Assembly: GCF_964355755.1 (NCBI RefSeq)
Contig: NC_092673.1
Location: forward strand, 24,239,648 to 24,303,647
DNA length: 64,000 nucleotides
Direction: 5' to 3'
Source of the DNA: Antedon mediterranea
Taxonomy: Eukaryota > Animalia > Echinodermata
The first letter of the stretch is position 1. Each line of letters starts with the position of its first letter. This document shows positions 37,831 through 50,904 of this stretch, one piece after another. The position numbers were made by a program, and so were the translations under genes. The notes beneath the pieces were generated by a model, which did no database searches, was not told the DNA's origin, and saw nothing but the letters and a program-made list of their open reading frames with translations.

Positions 37831-38059
37831 CTATTTCGTGTACCCCTGGATTGTCCGTAATTTCAAAGACATACAGCGTTCTTCCTTCAACACTTCTTCC
37901 AATGTCATAAATGCGCGTAATGTCTGGACACTTCTGGTTTATTTTCTCCAGTAGTCGAATCATCTCTTTATAAGGATGATAAACAAATTCTATTCCATTA
38001 CTCGAGAACATTAAAGACGAGGATGTCACTAAAAGTACAGCAATGTGGTGTAATTCCAT
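37831..38059 (-). CDS. Carboxypeptidase exon 1 (signal peptide plus N-terminus of catalytic domain)
   Basis: MELHHIAVLLVTSSSLMFSSNG-IEFVYHPYKEM...[34 protein letters not shown]|gtaagt; phase 1 matches exon 2. Confidence 0.95.
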
Positions 38060-38091
38060 GGTTTATGGTCTTCTTAGCTCTTACTTAAAAG

Positions 38092-38188
38092 TAAGTTCGT
38101 CAGGCAGTAGCTAAGGCCTCTTATCGAGTTATTACCTAAATAAGTTTGCCAGGCAGTGGATAAGGCCTCTTATCGAGTTATTACCTAA
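38092..38188. repeat. 49-bp tandem duplication in the peptidase 5' UTR
   Basis: taagtt..caggcagt...taaggcctcttatcgagttattacctaa at 38092 and 38141. Confidence 0.9.
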
Positions 38189-38336
38189 GAGGTTCGCTCT
38201 TCTCCTGTGGGCTGAGTCATTTAGGATGAAGAGTTCAGACCAGACAGACTACTGTAAGTGGGAAAACTGGAACATTCCATTTCGTTTGATAATAATTATT
38301 TCGTTAAAAATAATATGCAAGTGCTGTATCGTAGCC

Positions 38337-38457
38337 TTATATAGAGGGCAGCAGTTTATGCAAATTATATCAAATATAAAGTTGAAAATCGAATGGTTCT
38401 TAAAATGTCTTAAATTATCTTCTTGATGTTTCGTTATTTTTTCTACTGAATGAGTCA
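38337..38457 (-). promoter_or_regulatory. Putative core promoter of the peptidase: TATA box, octamer and AP-1 sites
   Basis: Minus-strand cTATATAAgg at 38343-38337, ATGCAAAT at 38358-38365, TGAGTCA at 38451-38457 (another at 38213-38219). About 280 bp upstream of the ATG. Confidence 0.5.
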
Positions 38458-39112
38458 GATCTGCCGAAACGTAATAATACTCTTAAAATTAATTGAGTAG
38501 GCCTATCTATGTGGTTTTTCATCCATACCTATGTTTATGTTATTCTGTGTTTATAGATCAATACATACGTCCAACCGCCAATGGGTCATGCGTGTATGTT
38601 TCATTTTTTTGTAAAATAAAATATATTTCAATTAAATAATGATTAATTCATTTATTTCATAATTTACCGTACATTTCCTTTAAAAAGGCACTTTTTTTTT
38701 CAATAAAAAGCACACCCGTAACCAAGAGTGGATTCAGACCTGTCTTTTTGTGAAGCCCCTCAGAAAAACCCCTGTTAGTCTTGATCAGGGACTTTTATAG
38801 CCTGCGGACTCATCTTGCTATAATCGTTACAAATTGGAGTGATAACATTAGCTCAACAACCCAAATCAATTTGTCTAACCCATCATTGCAAAGTCCCTTA
38901 AGTCTGGTGTTTCCGGAATGGGAGACAGTATTAATGCGGAAATTATGTCAAGTGTTGAAACTTTGGGCTTCAATTGCTACATATTATAAGCGTGCAAGTT
39001 ATGGCCAATAAGTCAACCCTGGCAAGTATACTGAACTTTACAACAAATTAATAATTACCCATCTCCTACCCTGGAACGTAGATGGAATACTACGTCATGA
39101 TAAAGAAGTTAA

Positions 39113-39340
39113 ATCACACCCCCTCTCCGATCTTGTTGAGTGGATCGAGTAGGCCTACATGGTCCAGCAAAATCAAATTACTTGCCCTCTCAGACTGTGG
39201 AGTACGTGGGGTATAAAATGACCAAGGATCACCCCTCTCCGATCTTGTTGAGTAGATAAGTAGATCGAGTAGGCCTACATTGTCCAGCAAAATCAAATTA
39301 CTTTCCCGCTAGTCTCAGAATGTGTAGTACGTGGGGTATA
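39113..39340. repeat. About 115-bp tandem duplication; a third unit start is displaced to about 39703 by an AT-rich insertion
   Basis: cccctctccgatcttgttgagt...gtacgtggggtata occurs twice; tgaccaaggatcaccc recurs at about 39219 and 39704. Confidence 0.8.
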
Positions 39341-40059
39341 GATTTTTTACTAACTTTATTCTTTATTTCAAGCCAACAGTGTAAAACACCAATAACAGGT
39401 TGAAAATAAATAACTAAACAATAAAATATGAGCCAATATAATATATACAAAATGAAAAAAGATTATTTAAATAATTTCATTAATAATACATTTAAATTGA
39501 GAAAAATTACAGTTAAAAATATCTAAAGAATTATTTTTTAAAAGACAAGAATTGTACAATGACGAGAGTCTACAGAAAATACAATTTTTACAAACATTTA
39601 TTGACACGAGAATATTTAACATGAAGAAAGGGTTTACTACGAAGATTACGAACAGGAACATTAAAATAAAACAACGAAACAAGATCACAATCAAACTTAG
39701 AAGTGACCAAGGATCACCCTCACATCAACATGTGTGCCTTTTATTCCAGAAATAAACGAAATTGTAACAATCAATGTATGGTTGTGTTTCATAATAGACT
39801 TCCTTATTATAAATTTGATTTGGAAAAAGTGTGTCTGGTTCCGTTCATGTTTTTTTTTATTTTATACTCCTTTACATTGGGCAAGATGCATCCAGAGACC
39901 ATAATTAATATAGATCAGTTTATAACACATAAACCGTGCTCTCGAGTGTGAATTAGTGTACTTATTTTTGTATCATGTGACCTACAAGCGTCCAATCAAA
40001 TGATACGAATCTTGATATAAGTTCAACATAATAAATATAATCATAGCTCAACCGTCACC

Positions 40060-40658
40060 TTTTTTCACGCTGCTGCTCTAGCCCGCTACGTCCCATTAGG
40101 ACTTATACTCAATCAGAAGCTAAAGCAAGCAGCAGTTATAGTTCTAAGGACAGACAGTTTTGTGAAAATGGAAACTCCACTATGATTTATTGATTCACAG
40201 TAGACCCCAAAAACGTCTGGGAAAGAGTCTATTAGGACATGTCATGCTAAAATTACAAATCCCTAAGCATTTCTGGTATATTCACTGTCAGATATTCATT
40301 GAATTATTATCGAAACAGTCCATTAAAGTTTGTGTTTGTAATAGGATACTTCACAATTGAAATATCTAGGGTGATGAAGTGACCCCCAGATTTGACCTTA
40401 GCAATAAAATTAACTAAAGTGATAGAAATTGAGTATTCACTTCTGTAACAAAATATAATATTTATTCACATATAAAAAAAGAAAAGAAACCCAAAAACCA
40501 TTGTCTGACAGACAATTTAAGTATTTGTTGCTTTAAATTACATTTTTTTCAGGTAAAATAACTATTATGTGACAATAAAATGACACATTAAAAAACATTT
40601 GAAATAAAAAATATTTTTCAATAAGCGAGCAGCGTTTTTTGTAAGAAATATTTCTTGT
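40060..40658 (+). mobile_element. Helentron-associated (HINE/DINE-1-like) non-autonomous rolling-circle element, copy 1
   Basis: T-run then 5' subTIR ACGCTGCTGC, 3' subTIR GCGAGCAGCGT, palindrome AAGAAATATTTCTT and a CTTGT end. No TSD. Highly similar copy at 58395-58954. Confidence 0.72.
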
Positions 40659-41914
40659 CGCATTCTGTTTTTGGTTAAAAATTAAACTGGCTAGCGGCCT
40701 CTATAGTTAGCTTTTTACAAAAACTTTTTTAAACCAAAGTGGGCATAGCTTTTTGTACGCTTATACAATTAGGCAATGTTCTTATTCGTGTTGAAATAAA
40801 GTAATATTTATTGAATTGTATCAAGGAAAACTTGAATATACAGTCATAGAAATAATGAAGTTAGTAGGCTCTAGGCCTAGATAGATAAATTGACATTGTT
40901 AGTTTCAACAAGGTTTTAAAAGTAGTTAAGTTAGTCACTGCCTTTATAATTGTTTTGAATTTGATACTTGGATGCAAAGCAGATGATATTTACATAAAAA
41001 TAGCTACCTTTGTTTAAATGACATCCGAAGAATCGATATTAGTATTTTCACACGCACAAAACGTATTAAACGAATTGAATAACCAACCTGATACAAAGTA
41101 TTTTCTATTTAGCGCCCTCTATAGTTTATTTTTTAATAAAACTTTATTAAAAGCGCGGTCCTAAATGTAGTTGTAGGATTTTCTGACTTCACAAGTTAAC
41201 AAATCCTTTTTTACCTAGTAACATTTAAATGATTAGAGTTTGTATTTGTTACGTTTGATATTATAGCACTCCTTTAATTAAACTTAATATGAAGTACCAT
41301 TTATGAGAGCACGGAGACACTTCGATACGGTTGAAGCTCTAATTAGCGTTGATCTAGACATCAATAAATCCTATTTGCTATTCTATTTATAGAGCCCAAT
41401 AGCATAATTTTTAAATTAAACTAATATTGTACGAAAGACTAAACAAATCGCACTAAACAACCTCCAAAGAAAATTTTGGGAATATTACCTGATCGTGGGT
41501 ATATAATATTAAACGGATGCTGGAAATATTATAATAAAATAACAATAAAAACAAGAAAACAGAGGGCCTACTGAAGACTGAAGAAAGATGAAATACGTAA
41601 TACAATTTTACTCTTTAGACCGCTGTAGATTTTAAACTAAAGTTATTATATTAGTGTTGAGGAACATATTTATTTTTTTCCTCTGACACTTATCCGTCAC
41701 AAACACAAGCAGCTAGTGTACATATTTCACGCATCAGTAATTTCTAGTAAGCTGAGTATTCAAGCAAATAACAATTCCCCAGCGTAGACTTGCAGCAACA
41801 GTGAGCTGAAACAAGATGTCCATTACGAATTTTAATATCATTCTGCAAGAATTCGAACAATACACGGGAAGATTGCTTTCATTTGGTTTACTTTAAGACT
41901 TTATTTACATCAAA

Positions 41915-42012
41915 ATGGCTGAGTCAAGCTTCGGAGGTGTGCCTCCTCTTCCGCCTAGGTATCGTTTTCGGGACCTGGTTTTAGGCGATCATTTCTCCGA
42001 GGCTGAAGACAG
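41915..42012 (+). CDS. KCNT: Exon 1 of a Slo2 / KCNT1-2 family sodium-activated potassium channel
   Basis: caaaATGG start; [33 protein letters not shown]|gtaaga matches the KCNT2/Slack-A N-terminus ([17 protein letters not shown]...DDR) with a phase-2 donor. Confidence 0.9.
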
Positions 42013-45000
42013 GTAAGAACCCTGCTTTGGTAGTGTTATATGGTGTGGTGTTAATTCTTATTTCAAACGTGCTTACTGACTCGGAAAAGATTATCACAAC
42101 ACTGATTTATTGCTGTTAAAAGCTGTACCTAATGCATGTCTGTCCCCATGACTTTAATTATATATTTTTTAGATATAAATGGCATTACTGTGTTTTGTCA
42201 TTCAGGTTATTTCAGGTATTTTTGCCGTTTCTGTATGTCTTCGCGAATGGAGGAAAGAATCGTAGAATGTTCCTCCATATGGCCTAGACCCGATCTGTCA
42301 CAAAGATCACAAGCCTAAGGTCTTTTACATGTCCATCCACTTCCTATGTTTGTTATGCTTAGTGATGATAAAATAATAATAATACATTTGATTTGAATTA
42401 ACATTAATAATATGCAATATTTTGTAATATTTTTCTGATGACATGTGATCATCGCTTATTTCAAATTAGTTTGTAAATAATAGTAATTGTCTTTTAAATG
42501 GATAAATTTATTTGAATGTTTATATTATTAACTGTTAAATATTGAACAGACTATCAGTGTAACTTTATGATGTCAAAGTAATGTACTGTTTTATATTTTT
42601 AGTTTTATATTGCCTAAAGGTGACACTTTAAAGGGAGTCATAACTCCCTCTCAAAAGGTCAAATAGTCTACTTACAGATAACATATGTAGGAAATTATTC
42701 ATTAATTGCCATATTACTCTACTTAAGATGTCCATTTTTTTTAAAAATCACTAAAAAGTAGAAAAGTCAATAAAGATTAACTATAATTATTTTAATATTT
42801 TTACTTTTTTATTTTCTAGGAATACTCATTATTGGTAATACATTTTTTTAAAGATAGATTAGGAGAGAATTTTATTATCATGTATTAAACCATAACAAAG
42901 TTTAATGACATATTTATTTTCGTGTCCATTTATCACCCACTTGTTTAAATCAATGCTACAGTATCTGTTCCACATTTTTGTAACTAAATCTTCAATATGG
43001 TTGACACAATTTTTCTTTTGTTTCTTTCCTATCGTTTGAACAACTCTTGTGAAACAATCACCCACTCTGAAGCCTATTTTCCAACTAAGCAAATTCATGT
43101 GAATCGAACGCACCAGCTTTATACGCATAGATATTCATGTTACCATCTTCCAGATTCCTCTCTACACATTCGTATATAAGCTTTCGATTCATGCAAACAA
43201 ATTCACCTAGTGGAAAATCAGCTTAATTCTTTTAAAATGAATTAAAAAACTTATCTGCAAAATTCAGGATAGATGTGTTGTTAAATGATTAATTAAAAAT
43301 GTAAATGAGAGTAAATTACATTACAAAATCACATTTTTATAAAAACAATGAAAAAAAATTGTTAAATTCATCTAAGACTGGTAAAAAGAGTCTGTATTAT
43401 GCAAAAAAACACATACTGAATACACTGTATTGTTTAAAAATACGCTGATTCAAGATAAACTTGTAATTACAATGCCTTAGAGAGTAAATGTGTTAGAATG
43501 ACATTAGTTGCAGTGAATGCTAATGATAATAAAATACTTTCTTTGACTTTAAGCCTTTTTAGTGTTCTACCGAAGCAGGTTGTTCCAGCAGGATTTGCTG
43601 GACTAAATTGGCTCCAATCGGTATTAAAAATTAAAAAAAATCTAAGAAAACTAACACTTAATCTAGTAGTGGTCGGTTAGGCCATAGCCATTACAAAATT
43701 AGACCAAGACCAATCAAAGGCTATATTTTTTTAATTGGATAAACAAAGTACGATATTATTTAGATTTGTTACATCTTATAGTACTGTATATCATGCTAGA
43801 ATTAATTTGTATAGAGAACACTGCTGTTGTAATATTCATTTGAATTGTTTGAATTAAAAATACTAATTCACTCATTCTATACTTACAAAAAAAAAATGTT
43901 TCCCCTTGCTTAGCTTACCTGGATAAACCGAGAAGAGAGCATGCTTAACGTTATAGTGTCTATTGCATGTTACTTCCACTAATATGTTTAATTAAACAAA
44001 CTCTAACATTGAGGCAAGCCATCAGTTACACACTATGTATTTTCTGTTGTTTCAAATTCTATATTGTATTTTATTTGTGTTATGGGAAACAACAGATTCA
44101 TTATTCATAAGGTAGTAATTGTTATCCTTGAGTTTAACTGGAAAACAGCTAAGTTTTACACCTTTTACCAATCCAGCAGTAAGGCGGCTTCCAGATCAGC
44201 ACGCCAGGAGACGATCACCTCTTTTTCCAATAGTGTACCAAGTTCTTTAACTTGCACGTTATGTATATAGAACCAATGAGAAGAAAGGATCCCGCCTAAG
44301 GATTTAATCAGTATGATACAGATGAGCTTGAACCCATTGCAATTATAGTCTGATTATATCCTATATTCCTGGTCTATGCAGCACCCAACACAGTATTCCT
44401 AGATGGTCGTTGATTAAATTCGGTGATCTGACTGGTGTTTCAATGCAGTATAGCCGTATATGAAAATATCATCAATATGATAATCCTAGGCAAATTACTG
44501 AAAAATATGATAATGCTGTCCGTATTAGTCTCTGGATCTTTATTGGCGATACTAATAAAATAAGCTTAATAAAAACGATAGTAGTAAAGTATGAAGATTT
44601 TGAAAAACATGCATTCACCTGGGCTAATGAGAGAACTTGGAAAGGATATAATGTGATAAAAAGAGAGAAAAACTAAAAAGTTTCTACTGTTTCGATGGGA
44701 TTAAAAAAAGTCAATTCAAGCCCTCAAATAAATGTATTTTGGTAGACATGAGTTTTACACTTGCTAAAGATCTTTCATGAAATATTCCTTTAGAAGAGCA
44801 CCAGGCTACCTTTAGTTTTACAAAACAATTTAAATATCATTTAAATGAGGAGAAATATTAAAAATTAAAAAAAATAAAAATTAAAAATATTAAAATGTCA
44901 TGTCCATTATTTTGCTGTTCCATCTACGATGCATACACTTTTTAAAATAGTGTTTTTTGTGCAATGCTGTACATCTTTTTATACTTTTATAATTAACATT

Positions 45001-45141
45001 AACATACTGTATGTGTTCATTACCCATGTTTATTATCACAAACTTGTGGAAGAACACTTATTTCATGGTAACGAGTTTTATATTTTGTACTTTTGTATTT
45101 TATAATTTCGTGAATAAATAAAGATTTTGATTGATTCATTC

Positions 45142-45528
45142 TTTTCTATTTCTAAAATATGGCTATGTTAATTAAAGTTATATTCTCAAAAATATCCTGT
45201 CCTTAAAAAAAAAATACTTTGAAATGGCCCTATTAAAACTACTGTATTTGCAGTAATATAATTTGATTTGATACAGATCATTTAATTGAGTAAATTTTAT
45301 TTATCATCGCGAGTCTCTTTTAAAAGGTTACCAGTAAACTGCGATGTCATTTTCTATTTCTAAGATATGGCTACTGTATGTTAATGTTATATTCTAAAAA
45401 ATATCCTGTCCTTAAAAAAAAATACTGTGAAATTACTACTGTATTTACAGTAATATAATTTGATTTGATAGAGATCATTTTATTTAGTCAATTTTATTCA
45501 TCATCACGAGTCATTTTTAAAAGGTTAC
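45142..45528. repeat. About 208-bp tandem duplication (diverged)
   Basis: ttttctatttctaa.atatggcta...atatcctgtccttaaaaaaa...aaaaggttac at 45142 and 45350. Confidence 0.85.
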
Positions 45529-45848
45529 GGTGTACTGTGATGCGATAATTGATCTACACAGTATAATTTTCAACTCTGCTGATTGTGATTATCAGCATGT
45601 GTCTGTACAGTGTAAATTAATGGTTAGCATTACAATACAAGGTCACATGGTCTTCAATTAATTGTTGATGTTTCATACAGTATTTCTGCAGTGAAAAAAT
45701 AACCAGTTATTACAGGGCCGTAGCAACCAGTACGGTTGGTAAAGTTTCAACCTGACCACTTTTTCACAGAGGTCTTTCACAACCAAATAGCTTGAACAGA
45801 GATTGTTCCTTTTCTTGCGAAACTTCTTCTTGGCAGCAAAAATGGGAA

Positions 45849-45888
45849 AAATTGTCAATAAACGCTTTTAAGCGTTTATTGACAATTT
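45849..45888. repeat. Perfect 19-bp inverted repeat with a 2-nt spacer
   Basis: aaattgtcaataaacgctt-tt-aagcgtttattgacaattt. Confidence 0.95.
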
Positions 45889-48800
45889 AAATTAATTTAA
45901 AATGGCAGCCTTAAAATTATGATTAATAAAACACATAAAATATGTACATTATTTCTTTAATTTGTTGTACAAATTTTTCATTGGACTTCCACATCACTTT
46001 GTCATTCTATTTCTATCACATTTGTCTTGTGATTTCTGTGACTCACAATTCTAGATATTGTCGTCATAAATCTGTCTTGTACGCATAATTGACTACTATT
46101 CTACCAATGGGATTAATGTTGATGAATAATTAATTCACAATAGAATTCTGTTAAGAAGAGCCTTAACATTTTTTTAACCTTTCCTAGAAATTAATTTAGC
46201 TTTAGAGTAGAAAATGTGTAAAAAGTTTTTTAGGTAAAAACTTTATTATAAACAATACCAATACCTATTTTTTTTTTGTGAACATCTAAAAGGGTCAGTG
46301 TTCCTCCTTAGCGAAAGTCTGTTTCAGGTTCAATTATGTTGGAATGGAATACTCCGTGTAGGCTGTATTTGTTGTCTTTTTATGTTAGTCCACTAGTTGA
46401 CGTTTCGACTTTTGTCTGAAAATACAGACTTGTGATACACTTAGAAATCGATTTGCAGACCGCAAACGTCCGATAAGAATGACGTAGGTTATCATATGAG
46501 GGGGCTTATGTAAATATGGATTTTTGAATCAACCAATGATCAAGCGGACATCATTTATTATTATAAAATTAAATGAAATGCCATTTGTGCCAAAATATTG
46601 ATCTTTTTACTAAGTCAAAACTCTATTTGTAGGCATTTGTGTCTTTGCTTTGAGTTTCAGTTTCAGTGTTAATGTTTTACTATACTTGTTTGTCATTTGA
46701 ATTGTTAAAAGCCATAGGCATAAAGTTTTTTCTTTATTTACACTTCCTTCTACACATACAATGTTTATTTTATAATGTGTGAAGAACTTTCAATAAACGA
46801 AAGGAAACGAATAAATGAAGTGTACCTGAATATTTATTGATGATTATTCTAGTTTTTAAATGTTTTCGGATCATCAACCTCTTTCGCCAAAGTTACATTA
46901 CCATGATCTGTGATAGATACGTGATAATTGATGTGTGCCTTGTTGATCCGTAGGGAATACTCTTGACTCTCCCGTAATTACCAACACATGTTCACACTTG
47001 TATAACCTAATGGTAGCTTATTATCCGGACGGTAAAATGTCACAGTTCTCTTTATTAATTATCATTCGCATGTTCTATTTGTCATAAATAAATATTTAGA
47101 AGAATACATGTGACCTTTAATATCATCCATGCGTTCTATTAAACAAATTATTTTGTTTATTAATGCAGAAAAATACAATAAAAAAGTAGTATTTGAATTG
47201 TTATTAAACTTAATTCACAACCATTATTGGATAAACTCCTTTCTTTTTCTTTTATTCAATATTTCACACTTGAAAAATAATACAAGTTGTGTGAAACAAT
47301 GATAACAGGTATCATAGTAATAAACAATAAGGCAATGAAACTACTGTAATTAAGAAAAATATATATAGAGTGTGAAAGGAGGTCAAATAAGTATGATACT
47401 TTAAGCTTGACCCCTAAAAAGACTGCAGGACTGTGATTGTAGCAGATTTTCGGTATTGTACTGTGTCTATAATATTAAGGCAATTCTACAAATTCTGATA
47501 CAGTGACACATATGTACCACATGTGACGTCTGTATCATAGTACCAGTCATAAATCATTGAAGCATCAAGAAGTAGTGCTGCCACTGATATTGGTAGTGTT
47601 TGCTGGTCAGCATGAAAATCATGTCCAATGATTTGATCAGTAATTTAAAATCACTGATCTCATCAAATTCATGTTTATCGTGGCTCCGCAGATGTTATGC
47701 TGTGAGGCGTAACAACTCTGTAACCGCCAATCTACTGTATGGTCTATTTAGTTCAAACAAAAACCTGAAAGCCATTCGTCAGAACAAACCGTTTTAAGAC
47801 TGAAATTTAAATTCATAAATTAAAATGCATCTTTATTTGTTTTTGTCACATCATTACATTTGTATCTGCTGTTGTTTTTGGTTTTAGAAATAAATACCTA
47901 AAAATTACTTTATTAAATATCAGTTTTAATTTTCCAGAATCCAAAATCAAATAAAAATTTTAGATTGACATAAAAATATTTATAATGCATCCGTGTATGT
48001 CATCAAATTATATGGAAACAAGGACTTCAATCTTGGCCATGTCACTGTCAATGAATATCAATGCAATCACTTTTACATTGTTATCGTTGCCATGGTGACA
48101 AGGGAATCAAATGATGTACCTCTGCAGTGTATATCATCTTTCATAATTATGCAGTAGAAAGTGAAAATCCTATTTTTAATTTATCTTAAATTTTTATGAC
48201 GATTTTGGTTATTAAACATTTTAATGATGGGTAATAAATAAATGTTTAGCAATAGAAGTTGTTAACCGGTAGATGTAATCGCTTCGTAGTTTAGTAAAGG
48301 ACTCAGGGATGGTTACGGGCTTGAAACTAGCTTTTCTGTAGTAATTAATTAAATTTAGTAATTGAAATATCTCCAACACTGAAAACAATTAAGAAACATT
48401 TATAAAAATCGATCAAAATATAACAAAAAAGAACAGACAGATTTATAATAAAGACATGTAAGGACAAGAAATCAAGTTATCTAAATCTATAAATAAAAAC
48501 AAATGTGAATAAAATTATAAATCTCTCAATGAATGAATATCATTTATTTATTTGTTCTTTATACTGGGTGACCTTTCTAGAAAAATTCTCCCAGAGGGCC
48601 CAGTACACAAAACACAGAAACAGTATAATCTTGGGACTGTTGCAGGGTTGCGATATTATGCACATGTACAATTTGCATAATAGAAAAATCGTATCCTCCG
48701 TCAATGCGCACAAAACATGCACATTTGCTTTCAAACGCATAAATGTTATTGCATGGAAAGACCTAGTAGCTCAGCTACAGTGATTAAGTTCACTTAGGTT

Positions 48801-49308
48801 GATCATGGCCTCCCCAATTTAATTTTTTTTTGTTATGTATATACTGAAATAGACCGAATAAATAATGAAATGAAATATAATATTACTAGTGTCTCAATTC
48901 CCTGACATGTTGATTATTGTTGATAATATGTCAAATATAATTTAAAAATATGACATTGGTTCCTACAGACTGCAGCTCAGAATTTAATATCATATTGTAT
49001 GGTACGGGTACAGTAGATTTGACCATATTCGACTCCTTTTGTTAAGTTGTCACTTATGTTTCATTATTAATTATTTTTCTGTAATCTATATTTTATTTTT
49101 AATATTTGTACTTTTTTTGTGACTGTCAATCAATATTTCTAATTTTAGAATAAAGATAGTTCTAATGTTGCTATTCTGCTTTATGCGCAGTCATGCACTC
49201 CTCAGCAAAATGAAATTGATCACTGATTGTAATCTAGTAATGTAGGTATACACAATATAATCTTTCAAATAGCAAACTCATACAAAAAAAATAATTTAGG
49301 AAAACATT

Positions 49309-49840
49309 AGTCATAGTCATAGTCATAGTCATATATACTTTATTGTCCATTTAAAAAACAGAAATGTGATTTGAAAACTGGCAAAATAATAAAAACACAC
49401 ACAAAAAGTTAAGAGGCTAAAAATTGTTAAAATTAGATAAAAATTATTATTATTTAATTATATTATATGATTTATTATTATATTGCACTAACGATGATTT
49501 AAAGTTTATATAAAAGAATTAAAAAAACTTGCGTGAGCTATAAAAATAAACAAAAGCGGTTACATTTTATCTTTGTACACTGGAGTTATATAAGTGTATA
49601 CATGTAGCATTAGGTACAAACGAGCACCTAAACCGTTTTGTTTTGGTATTAAGTGCACGTAGTCTTATGCCAGAATTCATGAGAGCAAATTGTTTGTGAA
49701 GAGGATGTGTTTCATCATCAATGATACTTTTTACTTTTTTTAACACATTTTCTTTATACAAGGATTCAACATCAGGTAAGTGCTCTCCTACTAGTCTAAT
49801 TGCTCTATTTCCTATTCGATTAAGTTTAATTTTACAAATT
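49309..49840 (-). mobile_element. 5'-truncated Rex1/Babar-like LINE 3' end
   Basis: ...IIDDETHPLHKQFALMNSGIRLRALNTKTKRFRCSFVP..., then UTR, atggacaataaa and an (atgact)4 tail on the minus strand. Confidence 0.8.
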
Positions 49841-50388
49841 AGTAGTGGCTTATGCATTTTTTTTTTAGAACAGGACTGAGGTCTTGATTAAATACATTAT
49901 TTGATTAAATTTATTCATAATCGTATTAATTTAGTAAATTCTCCACGATGTAATTAATTTCATCTACTACGATGTTTAATTCATTTTTAAAAATTAATAC
50001 AGATTATTGTTCTTGTTTATACATATTAATATAAATATTCATGCAAAGTTATGTTATAATTTCTCAATATCTAATTTAATCAATGTGAACATTAATGCAC
50101 CATAGTTTTTATACGATTTATTAAACTGTTGCTTGATATTTATTATTTATGTTGATCCATGTTTACAATTATTCTGTTTATATCACCATTATTAATGATT
50201 GTGTGAGTTAATTGAAAGAGCTTGTTTATTAATCGTTCTGTCTTAAAGAACACAAGTTGTGGAATATATTGAAGTTAAAAGAAACTATGTGCATCGATAA
50301 AATTGTCTGTCAATTGCGGTAGACAACACTAGTCATGATCATTCATACCTGCAAGTTGCTTAGCTAAAGAGAAGAGGCGACAGAGTCC

Positions 50389-50904
50389 TGAGAATTGCAG
50401 AGGTTCAACTAGTGGTCTTAGAATTGCCTAGACTCAACTGGTAGTCTGAGAATTGCAGAGGCTCAACTTGTAGTCTTAGAATTGCCTAGACTCAACTGGT
50501 AGTCTGAGAATTGCAGAGGCTCAACTTGTAGTCTTAGAATTGCCAAGACTTAACTGGTGGTCTGAGAATTGCAGAGGCTCAACTTGTAGTCTTAGAATTG
50601 CCTAGACTCAACTGGTGGTCTTAGAATTGCCGAGATTCAACTGGTGGTCTGAGAATTGCCAAGACTCAACTGGTGGTCTGTGAATTGCCGAGAATCAAAT
50701 GGTGGTCTGAGAATTGCCGAGAATCAACTGGTCTGAGAATTTCCAAGACTCAAATAGTGGTCTGAGAATTGCCGAGACTCAAATAGTGGTCTGAGAATTT
50801 CCGAGAGTCAACTGGTTGTCTGAGAATTGCCGAAACTCAACTGGTGGTATGAGAATTGCCGAAGCTCAATTGGTGGTCTGAGAATTGCTAAGGCTCAACT
50901 GGTG
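50389..50904. repeat. Minisatellite, 29-bp unit x about 17.5, alternating A/B dimer at the left end
   Basis: Unit tgagaattgccgagactcaactggtggtc. Early units alternate gcagaggctcaacttgta and gcctagactcaactggt. Confidence 0.95.

Larger units (their letters stand above)
2414..38059 (-). other. Gene span of a 7-exon M14B (CPE/CPN1-like) zinc carboxypeptidase, about 597 aa
   Basis: Exons 38059-37831, 8291-8083, 7341-7192, 5820-5526, 5025-4886, 4009-3904 and 3078-2414 join in frame (1794 nt) with GT-AG at every junction. Motifs HGNE, GRSN, NRNFP, SANMH, WYSV, MQD and ITLELGC are present. GGPNHHL is CPE/CPN1-like; exact orthology not resolved. Confidence 0.93.

Noticed and set aside
44150-45130. 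Possible old LINE relic (also 56170-56870 on the minus strand)
   Set aside because: Only a LINE-like UTR/tail appearance; no convincing RT or endonuclease motif could be read.
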